Origin: Asterionella formosa
Lineage: Eukaryota
Assembly (NCBI GenBank): GCA_002256025.1
Contig: NKIB01013557.1
Coordinates: 1-55,625 of the forward strand
Direction: 5' to 3'
DNA length: 55,625 bases
Part shown: positions 12,960 to 23,524 of the stretch, piece after piece
Layout of the letters: each line of letters starts with the position of its first letter
Position numbering within the stretch: position 1 is the first letter of the stretch
The notes under the pieces: generated by a model
What the model was told of the DNA's origin: nothing
The model's database searches: none
The model's input: the letters and a program-made list of their open reading frames with translations, nothing else
Made by a program: the position numbers and the translations under genes

Positions 12960-13419
12960 TGCAATGGTGTTATCTGTTTAACTACAAATTTCGGAAGAAC
13001 AAATCCCCATCTGAGTCTCACAATCGAAATTGAAGCAATCGTATTTTTATGCATATGATCACTGTCATCATTGCATGCAAGAACATCGAGTTCCTGGAAT
13101 ACATAATGAAACTATGTATTGCGGTAGTGCATCGAATCATTCAAGGAAAGAAGGTAATGTCAGTGTAACTGCAGTATTTAGGGAGAGAAGACAAGAAGAG
13201 AGATTATGAGTCCTCTCCTTGAATCAAGTGGCCATAATCATCCATTTAATGACGACAGTGATGATTCAGTTTATAATAATATTCAGTCACAACAAGATGA
13301 ACAATTGAGACTAAAAACTCTCCAAGGATTGAATGCAGAAGCCATGCAATATTCAGATTTTCAAGATCACACTGGCTTTCTCCCTGAAAATGCAATGGAA
13401 ATGCCCCTTCCCCTTCCAG
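12960..13419 (+). pseudogene. N-terminal fragment of a Plavaka-like transposase, truncated by a copia fragment
   Basis: NFGRT...CHHCMQEHRVPGIHNETMYCG...MQYSDFQDHTGFLPENAMEMPLP is homologous to ORF 19292-19804 and near-identical (inverted) to 39075-39500. Confidence 0.75.
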
Positions 13420-15363
13420 TCTTTCCTTTTGAACTGAATAAGCGGCCCCTGGTTGAACAGACAAAGTGATCCACTGAAACTTGCTGTCCTGGCAACAAAT
13501 GGTCTTTTTTCAAAATTCCGGCTCAGTCCTTAACAACTGAAGTGGTTTTTCCTGGTGCAGTCCTCCGCGTTTGTTTTCCAAATTGACATGCAGCGCACTT
13601 TGGAAGGTTGTTGAGGTTACAAGCTGAAGTATGTAGACGTCGAGTCCCTTCTGTTTTACTCAACACTCCAGATCTCATCAGAAACTGTATCTTGCAAAAG
13701 TTTAGATGAATAAGTCTCTGATGCCACCGCAATAGCTCCTTTTCTTGCTCACTTAAGTTCACGTTTTGCAATGGAAGTTTTTGAAACGGTCGCTGTTAGA
13801 GCTCCTGGAACTGCCATGGTGTCCTTGTGTCGGTACGCTGTAGTTGTAGGAAGGTTATTCATAGGGTTTACTCTTGCAATGATTGCACCTCGTGTTATAT
13901 CTCCCGGCACTCCACTCAAAGTCATCTGATGTGCTTCAATCTGAATGCTTTCATCAGTTTAGGTCTGAAGAAGACTAGCTAGTGGTTCTCAGCAAACGTA
14001 CTTGGCTTTGGGGAATATAGTATGCAGGAACCTTGATGAGACGAGGTTGCCAGCAGTGTCATGCATGGACCAAAGAACATTTCCTTGTCCCTCAATGCGG
14101 AGTCCCTTAGCAATTCCTTGAAGGCGAGTGAGAACACCAGGGACTTTGAATGGACCAACAAAGTCATTTTTGTCAGGGGAAAGAGAGATACTTGCTCCAT
14201 AATCCCTGATAACAGAGAGTGTTGCACATCTCTTCATGGCGTTTCGAAACTTTGTTGGTGCTTGCAAGACCATTTGCAACGTAACAATATTTGCTGCAGC
14301 ATTTCTTGAGGATTAATTGACTTCCATGAGCTCAAAATTGTTAAAGAGAGTGGAAGTCTTGGTTGCTTCCTTGGATTGTTTGCAAGCAAGATTAGACTTG
14401 GTCACGCCATGATGACCTTCAGGCCCTGGTGGTCGATGTCTGCTGGAGACGCCTTCGTGCTTATTAGGACTCATGTTCATCTTTTTATGCTTCTTGGAGG
14501 CCATATCATGCTCTCCCTCTCGAGCAGAGACTGGAGCAGGATAACAAGATTTGAGAGAATGAAACCTGCTGAGGTGGGCAACTTCTAGGTCCAGGGACAC
14601 GATACGGTCACGAAGAGCATCAATTTGAGTGGCTAGGTCTCGTTCATAAACAGTGGGGGCACGGAGAAGGTATTGGCCCATTGAGCGCAAAGAAATTGGG
14701 TGACGTCGATGAACCTTATGATAGATTTGGCTTGAGTGCTGTCTGTTGGTGCTGTGATTTTTCTTGTCAAAGTGATTGCAATGTCGTTGCATCAAGCGTC
14801 GTTGCCATCGAGGTGTGCGGTGAAAGTTGGGATCTGGGTAAGGTTTCAACCAATGAGGGGCAACAAGAATCATGATCCATAACAAGGCTGGTGCAAATAA
14901 GGCCCACTGGTAGGTCACTAGAAAGGTTGAAACGATGGGGATCAAGTGAACCAGCTGCGAAAGGCAAAGTAGAGTGGTCATCATTGTCACAAGATATGGT
15001 CCAAAAAGCAGACAGAGATCAAAGATAGTGATCAAGTCCCAACCACCAAAGGAAGCATGCAAAGCAGATGGATCAGGAACCAGGAAGAAAGTTGCTTCTG
15101 CAGAAGTCTGCTGCTGGGGATGGTCAGATCTTGTTCCACCACCATGGTGGTGTTCAGTAGTTATTTTTTGGTTGTCCACCTTTTTCATTTCGCACACCAA
15201 TGAAAAGTCTTGCCATTGGCTTGCTTTGTGATAGGAGCACCAGGTACAGGTGGAATTCCTTTCCAAGAGGAGTTGGATGTGCCACCAACACTTCCACTTC
15301 CACCACGAATGGCACCATGACCACCACTGTTTCCGCGTCCACCACTTTTCTTATCACGACCAG
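13420..15363 (-). mobile_element. Ty1/copia (CoDi-like) fragment: gag C-terminus, protease, GAG-pre-integrase and start of integrase
   Basis: Motifs KTFHWCAK; IRDYGASISLSP (degenerate D-S-G-A-S); KELLRWHQRLIHLNF...CAACQFGKQ (HHCC); LLPGQQVSVDHF. Frameshifted and truncated at 13420. Confidence 0.92.
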
Positions 15364-17435
15364 CATCTGCAAATAGAAGGTATCGCACATATAAGATCAG
15401 GGGTATTGTACGATAACTGGCACAGAATTTTTCGGTGCATGATACGCGTTTTGTTATTTGTGTTACAGGTACATACTTTATATATGAATATTTGATAAGC
15501 ATGTTTATACTTATAATATTTGATCATATTGTTCTAATATTGATCCATATTGACTCATAATGGTAACCACAAAGTAATCATACAAATACAGTAAATAAGT
15601 GACAACAACTCAAATCGAAATCACTACTTCTCTTTGAATTTCAATCGCTTTTCTCATGACCATGAATTACTAATTGTACTTACAAGACCATCATCGATTT
15701 ACCTTAGCTACATCTTCTATTGTGTATTTATTCATCTTATAGCCATATTATGACCATCATAACTCTATGAAGTATTTGTCCAAAATATGTGGAAACAGAT
15801 TGTAATTTAACTAATAAATTTAGAACTTTTTCAATCTATCTATATAAACAGTTATCTCACACCATCTCACTCCTGTTCATTCTCTTGTCTGCTTCTTCCC
15901 TGCTGCCCCGTTTCTGACACAACTGTAACTGCCCACTTTGTCCTTTCCCTTGTACTTGTCTGATTCCGAAGGATGAACTGATGTCGCTGATAGCGGCGGG
16001 TTGCCTCTCCTCATTCCCTTCTTCTCCATATCAGAGCTTTCCTTCATTATTAGTATTCATGTTAATGTTGTAACAACTGTGAAGCAGATACATGTTAGTC
16101 ATATTATTTTTATGCAACAACATGCAGTTCCATTCTATTTTCACTTACCATGAATAGATGTATTATGTCACACAGGTTTTCACAATGTGTCCAATTATCC
16201 ATTTTCAATTGTTCACTGTATTAACTAATGGGAAGGAATTGTGTGTTAGGCTTGTCTTGTCTAGCTTTTAATACAACAGGCAGTTCCAATCATGATGATA
16301 TGGTTATTTACCGCAACAATGATACAATTCCATGTTCAGTTCTTTCCATATTCCTCAATAAATTGTGAAGACATTGATGTTCAGAACTTCCCTATACTCT
16401 TTGTATACAATTACCCTGATAGATATAAAAGGATGTGTTACTTATGTTCTAACGGGTGATTCTTGTGAGCATTGATCCAATGACAGCAACTCACCGCAAC
16501 CGTCATTTCTTCACATTTAATTTGTCCCCAAAAGTATGCATATACAGGTAAGCAAACAAACACTTGAAGAGAATGCACGCATTGAGTTACTGTTAACCCA
16601 ACAATTGAATATTCTGACATATTCATGTACACACGAGTCCTAATATAATTGAGCCAACCATATACTTCTATGTTTGAATATTTCAAACACCCGTGTACGG
16701 GTACTGTTGTACACATAGATCTGAATATCATCAATGTTGTGTGATTTCATTTGTTTTGAATTTAGTCTGTAAAAATTTCAGTAAGTGATATTAGAATATG
16801 TACAATGCTGTATGAGTTCATTATTTACCACAACCTAATATAAAGTATAAATATAGGTTGTACGACAATCCGGTATGGAGTAATGGTTAATGATATAATT
16901 AAGCCCCATCATGGATGTGACATGTACGTAAAAAAGGGTAAGGGTTAGAATGCGAAGTATGAATACGAACATCGGTTGTACAAAATTTGGCGTAAAATGA
17001 TCTTACGATTAGTTGTTTATGATCTTAATTCTAGTGTTTGTGTTATCGTGGTGTACAGTAATACATTTTAAAACATGCATTTTTGTAAATAGGGCCCTAC
17101 TTCATCTACATCTATCATGTTCACAAGTAAGGACTGCTAGGAGTACGTAGTAACAAGGTACTGGTTGTTATGAACAACTGTTCACATCTTGTTGAAGGCC
17201 ATGATATGATGTACGTATCTGTAGGTATGATTTTTTTCACTTGTGGACATATATATATATAGAGGAACACCTTTATACCGGTATCCCATAAGTGTGAAAG
17301 TAGCTCCCGGTATGGTATTTGTCCATCGCAACGGTACTTGTAAGAGCATTTATATACGATCTCTCATTTCCCTTTTTTTAAGCGACACTTCATCATATGC
17401 TTCTTGTTATTTCTCACCACACCTGTTATACAATC

Positions 17436-17843
17436 ATGCCTCCAAAACCTGTGACTACAAAAACAGTGCAAGATGCGGCAGTTGCAAGGAGAGTGCTGGA
17501 TTTGGCTCAAACAAAGCGAATGATAGCTGATTTTGGAACCTTTCCTACCAGTTATTTTAATAAAAGGCAAAAGCAGTATTCTGTTCATGACGCCTTTGGT
17601 GGTGCCACACCATCCACTCCGTGCATTCCAACAAACATAAATCCTCCTTTTACTACTGATACTACAAAGGCTCGTTTCAATCCTTCTATTCCTGTAAATT
17701 CTGTCTTGAATTCTGCCAGTGAGAATGAAGATGATGATTCACTCGATTCCGGTTCAAGAAAGGCTTCTGCTATTGAGACCACCCATAATATTCACCACCC
17801 TACGTTTGTTTTGAAAAGCTTTGCAATCGAAGTGATCAGGTGA
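17436..17843 (+). CDS. Orphan ORF (135 aa, MPPKPVTTK...), possibly a first exon or a truncated cargo gene
   Basis: The ATG is in a CAATCATG context and the composition is protein-like. It is convergent with the transposase inside the 9 kb element. No recognisable domain. Confidence 0.4.
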   Translation: MPPKPVTTKTVQDAAVARRVLDLAQTKRMIADFGTFPTSYFNKRQKQYSVHDAFGGATPSTPCIPTNINPPFTTDTTKARFNPSIPVNSVLNSASENEDDDSLDSGSRKASAIETTHNIHHPTFVLKSFAIEVIR

Positions 17844-17881
17844 AGTATGACAAACTCAAATGATTCGTATGTCAGTACTTG

Positions 17882-19804
17882 TTATGGTGACATTCTTTTT
17901 CTGGCCCGTTTTCTCGAACGTGGTTCTTGGTCAGGATCAGTCACGTCTACTGGAGGTAAACCCATCTCGTTTGCGTCAGAGTAGGTGTTTGGTACTTCTA
18001 GACAACTCCTTTTCTTAAAAAAGGATTCCCAATCTTTAGGAATAGGTCGATAATTATATAATGATTCCAAAATTTACTTCAATAGGCCAAGTAACAGTTG
18101 ATTGAGGTGTTGCACCAACTACTCCTTCTGGATCACCGTCAAAGTAATGTGTCATCAATGCCGGGATGATTGGATTATGGGAAATGACGTGGCACCACTC
18201 ATTTTGTGTTGCGAACTTACTATTAGTCTGAGTCACACCAAAACATGTTGGTATAGATGGCAATTTTCCAACTGGATAAGTTTCTTTATCCAAATATTGC
18301 TTCAGAAATTTATATGCATCACCAACTTCTCGCAGTTTACATTCTATATCCGGATTGTCAGCGTCTTCTGCATGTACGGTGCAATCTCGGCAAACATGTT
18401 GTCGATATAATCCATTACCTCCACAGAAACCGCAAATTTTATTATGTTCCTCCGTATCTCCAACTACCATTCCAATTTGGAAATAAACTTTTGTACACCC
18501 AGACCATGCACCCAAATATCATAGAATTTGTTTGGATCTTGAAAAGTTTCTAATAAAAATCCAGTAACAGCATGATATAACTTCAGTCGAGAAAGAGAAC
18601 TTCAGTCGAGAAAGAGAGATGTCATTACCTGACTTCTTAGTGGTGTCCATTTGTTTCTCCAAGTCACTAACTTCAATATCTGGTAATAATGACACGAGTT
18701 GCCAAGCATCAACTTTCTTCCTTCCTTCCTTCCAACGTTAAGTTTAAGATTGTTAGTAAGAATGGATATTCTGAGTGCTTCATTTCTTTATCAATAGGTG
18801 AACCGTCACTAAAGACAGTCAATGCCACAAACAAATGCCCAGGCTTTAAAACTCCGTTTTCCGTAGCTTTTGAATTGTTGAATGCATTTTCAAACCGAGT
18901 AGCAGAGGTAACTTCGTCATATATTCGTTTTCTGCAGTTTGTAGGCTTTCTTTGTGGATAACATACAAAATGTTCAATGATGTCAGGATCACGTAACAAT
19001 GATGACATGAGTTGTACTGGTTCAAAGTAATGTTATGTCCGTTGGAATAGAGAGTATTCCATTATTCTCAAGAATAATTACTTTTTTCAACAGTTCACGA
19101 CCTGTTAACCTTGGCGGAAATGAATCATCAATTTTTTTTCAAAGTTTGATAGGAAGGAGCTTGATTCTTTCCATGACATTATTTCATTCTCTGTGCTTTG
19201 AATAACCATTTCATAAGATGATCGAAGTTCATTGGTGGTAGATAGTTCTCGTTTGGGAATAACATGAGTTCTAATTCAATTGGATGCATTTTTAGTAAAT
19301 GTTTTTTGGGAGTTGAAATTGAACAGGTCGAGGAATTTTCATAGATTCCTTGGGAATGAACCCACTTCGATCTTGGTACTCAGGATAATGCATAGTATCA
19401 TTATCCAACCCAATAATTTCTGATAATTCTGTTTCCTCTCCACCTTGCCTTGATGTATTTGAAGTCAAAGAGATACTTTCGTCATAGAATGAAAATAAGA
19501 AATTCTGGTAATCCAATTGTGAAAGAGATTCTTCCGTCATAGTATGCAAACTATCAAAAATAAGAACGTTGGGAAATGAGGAAGAGACACCTGACTTTCC
19601 TGTTTCATTTAAATCACTTGATAGTTTACCGCCACAATTCATAGTTTGGTTGCAAATTCCCGAAATGCGGTGTTCTTCCAAGCAGTGATGGCACAAACCA
19701 AAATCATAAATTTTCGATTGTGAAAGAGGGAGATTTGTTCTTCCGAAATTTAGAGTTGCATACCGAGCACCAGTTAAAGGTTCATGATGCCATTGTTTGG
19801 GCAA
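17882..19804 (-). pseudogene. Plavaka-like (CACTA/EnSpm-related) DDE transposase, frameshifted and probably missing its C-terminus
   Basis: Motifs SLLRDP; IYDEVTSATRF; VALTVFSDGSPID...YPFLLTILNL...R; LKLYH; MVVGDTEEHNKICG...CRDC...ADNP. This matches the Plavaka pattern (first Asp in hxhFSD, YPhxhTIxN, second Asp followed by xxE and CxxC). Confidence 0.8.
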
Positions 19805-20029
19805 AAATGCAAAATCAAAATAGAGTAGAGGGATTGATTTGTGGGCAGCGGTATGAATAGAAATGAATATAACGAAATGTCCAAGTATCGCTTTTTTGTC
19901 AATAAATACCGAGTACCGGTATTTACGTGTATATTCAATAATGTGTCATGCAGTACAAAGTACAAAGCACTGCAACCTTATTATGCATCACTAACCTTTA
20001 AAATTTTTGCTTTTCTTTAATCTGCAATG

Positions 20030-22004
20030 CGTTGTCAAATGCATTGACAAAGAGAGCACATTTCTCATTGATAGCAACATCACTGGAGAGTCCAGATGAT
20101 ACTGACTCCCAATTGAAGGGGGAAATTTCAACCACGGTGACGGTAGACGACAACTTCCTTTTCATTCAAGAAATTGCTAGGGTTTTTTTCCAAATGTTTC
20201 ATTCAACATTTTCAAGTCCATAAAACAATTCTGCACAACTTTCTTTATGCAGAAGGCAACTACAGCTTTTTCCATTTGCACCTTCTCCTTCTTGGTAAGA
20301 ACCACGGTTCCAAGGCCAAACAAATTATCCATCTTCTTGACATGAGGTACTTTCGACGGAAAGCAAACATGATCAGATGATTCTACCATGCCGCCCAACT
20401 GCTTCCAAAGAATTTGGTTTCACCATTTCTTTCAAATTGGAGTAGAATTCCTAAAAATTTCACAACAGTGAATGGTCCACAGGACCATCCAGAATCACCT
20501 TTTGGCTGGTATAATAGTGAGTCATGAGAAGTTGCCATAAAAACTTGCAATGGAGCTTTTTTAGAATGATAGAAACTCTCACTCTGAATGACCTGTTGTG
20601 GCTTATAAGCATGGATCGGAAGGTAGGCATCCCATGATGCTATTTCTTTTTCCCTTTTACATCCAGGGATGATGCAATATTTACGGGCAAGGTGAAACAC
20701 TTGATCGAGATGTTCTTGGACTGTGGCTGCTTCTGCTGGATCGCGGATTTGACGAATCCCTTCGTTGAGATCAAATATGTAATGAACAAAATGATTATTT
20801 CCACAAGATGATCTCTTGCAGTACACTATAATCACAAAGGTACACTCAATATACAACGGGTGACAATTGCCACTATAAGTGTCTCCACCACAATCCATTT
20901 GTGGATTGTCATCAACATCCACAATAACACTCACATTGGATGGATGGAGTTCATGAGTTATGAATTGAATGAGATTTTGAATTGTTTGAAAATCCCAATA
21001 TGCAAGAGATTTAAACGCCTCATAAGTACAGACTTCTTGGGGAATTCGAGAATAAAGTTCTTCCCATCGTTCGAATTGTGGCTTCGTTTTGGTAATGTTC
21101 ACGTACATGAAGGTTCGAATAGGAGGCATGAGTTGACATAATTGACATGCATTTTCCTCTATATATGAACTGCCCTCGGGATTCTCCATGATGGAATTAT
21201 TGACAGAATCTTTTTCAGCTTCATATGATTCAATAAAAATAACATTTCGATCATCCCGGTCATTGGGCATAACGAATTGGGAAAGGTCCAACATAGTCTG
21301 GCTGATTATGGTATTTTTGTTCTTCAACAACTTGATCTCTTGTACAATATCCTGAACTGAAGTTTGATTTTCGAAAACAGGTTGATCTTCAGTGGTAGCA
21401 TGAACAAAGATTCCTTTATTGTCAGCTGGATTTTTCTCTTCATGACCAATCTTTGACAAATTATTATTGTTTATAATCTTTTCATTACTTGAAATTGTTG
21501 TTTTTCTTGGAAGGACAACAGAATCTATCAGACCAGCACCTAAGTCATCATCATCTCCATCCATCAGGTAATCGGGGGTAGGGTTGTCGACATTTTCTGT
21601 TTTAGAATGCTTAGCCTCTAATTGTAGAGATACCCTTGTCTCGTCACGGGACGTATCATGCATTATCATGAGAGATCGACTGGCTTCTTCTCGATTTGGT
21701 GAACAATCAATAAGAATAGCCCGCTGCTTTTCATTGGAAAAATGGTTCAAATGTTTTGAATTTCCCTCATAAGAGGACCTCTCTGATAAATTCATTGGGG
21801 CAACTATGGAATTAACATATGAAATCTTTTTTCTGGAGAATTGTAAACCTTCTCGAAATCATCAGATTTGGAAGGAAACAGACATGTGCTCTCAACCGAT
21901 ATAATGAGTCGTTTCAATTTCTTCTTCGATGTTAAAACGTCTTCGAGTGTAAACCCAACTAGACTATCCTCTTTGTCTTTCCGAATGTTCTTGTTGTTTT
22001 CCAT
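20030..22004 (-). pseudogene. Ulp1/C48 (clan CE)-like cysteine protease
   Basis: ORF 20383-21795 has NNHFVHYIFD (His), IRQIRDP (Asp) and YQPKGDSGWSCGPF (oxyanion Gln and Cys) in clan-CE order after a long acidic, disordered N-terminus. It is joined by frameshifts to ORFs 21804-22070 and 20177-20398. Confidence 0.7.
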
Positions 22005-22463
22005 GATATCAACTTTGATTGGTATTGATATGATGAGTGATGCAGTATGGTTACGCGAAATGATAAACAAGAATGCAATGAAGCCAACGGAGTTCGATTA
22101 CTATCAATGATGTGATGGGAAGGCAACAGCAGCAGCCACAGCAGCAGTATAATTGCATTTGCATGTACGGATGGTACCACGCATGGTACATCAGTACAAG
22201 CTATTCTATATTGGTATTTACGGCTATGGCATTACATTTATCAAATCATATATTTTGATGTTATGATAGAGATGATAAAAACATCTTATTATTGTAAAAT
22301 TATTTAGTAATATATATTAGAGATATTAGCAAGAACATTTTATAGTATGTGCATTTATTTGATCTCATAAATGTGATCAAACTATCATAGGTTCAGCTAC
22401 AAGTGATTGTGAGTATGTGATAATAAATGAAAAATAAGTTACCTGTTGTAATCATACAATAAT

Positions 22464-23432
22464 GGGCGCGCTCTAATAATAATAAATTTATTAAATCATG
22501 TGTATTATAACACAAATCGTTGTACCCATAACCCAAAAATTTGTGTTTGTGTTGGCCAAATTTTTTACAGTTATAAATAACAGTGCATTAAATAAAAAGA
22601 TGTTTAGACATGAATGACTATATAGAATTTCCCGGAATATTTCAAGACTTGCTTGCTCATACTCAAAATGGCTTGCTCTTGCCAAAATAGGTATGCATAT
22701 ACATATGCATATCGTTACATATCAATCAACCTCCTCAATAAATCGATCGTCATTGCTTTTAGATTTCGGCCATGTCTTCATCTTCTTCTTGTCAAAGGAG
22801 AGCAGCCAGGGAGGGCTTCCCTTCCTCTCCAAGGCTGCTTGAACGTCGCCGTCACCAGCAACAAGAACAACAAGAACAGACTCAACCAGAAGAAGAGGAG
22901 GAGGACGACGACGAGAATGAAGATGACACTGGTGCTGATGAGTTTGCCAGTGACGCTTGCTGTTGAACAAAGTCCAGAAAGGACTTGATAATGGATGCTG
23001 TAGTGCATGGCGACGGATTTTGCCACTCCTTCTTCTGACCTCATCAACAGTCAAACTTTCCCTGAATGATGGCATCCTATTTTCTGGTGGATAGCACATT
23101 GCTAACAGTAGCAATGTGATCATAATGTCATCATCATCATCATCATCATCAGGAGATGGGATGAAAGTCGACATGGTCAGTGACTGACGATGATGAATAT
23201 ATAGAACTCATGCATATAATGAACAAGAGGCGGCATAGCATACAAGAGGATGCATCGATATGAAAATTGAACTGTTGAAAATTAAAGTTAAAAAATATAT
23301 AATGTCAGAGAAGTAATCTAAAATATCTCTATTATCAGAGGGCAAGGACTATATTATGTAGCAGATCACCAGAATAATTTGTGTTATAATACACACATGA
23401 TATAATAATTTTTTTTTTATCAGAGCGCGCCC
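22464..23432. mobile_element. Non-autonomous PIF/Harbinger-superfamily element, 969 bp, TSD AAT
   Basis: TIRs GGGCGCGCTCTAATAA...TTATCAGAGCGCGCCC with longer imperfect subterminal similarity. AAT is present at 22461-22463 and 23433-23435. Confidence 0.9.
22958..23174 (-). pseudogene. 5' fragment of a Harbinger-type transposase
   Basis: RRRSGKIRRHALQHPLSSPFWTLFNS resembles the N-terminal motif that precedes the HTH of stramenopile/fungal Harbinger transposases. It lies inside Harbinger-type TIRs. Confidence 0.6.
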
Positions 23433-23514
23433 AATATGATATTGATGGTACGATCTCTTTTGAGTGTACAGAACCCTACTTCACATTGTTTGTACGAGAA
23501 TGTATTATAGCATA

Positions 23515-23524
23515 NNNNNNNNNN
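23515..23524. other. Assembly gap (10 N) followed by a poly-C run
   Basis: N characters in the sequence. Confidence 1.

Noticed and set aside
16934..16950. AGGGT(T/A)-like telomeric motifs (also near 23716 and 50074)
   Set aside because: Only two degenerate units each; not a telomeric array.
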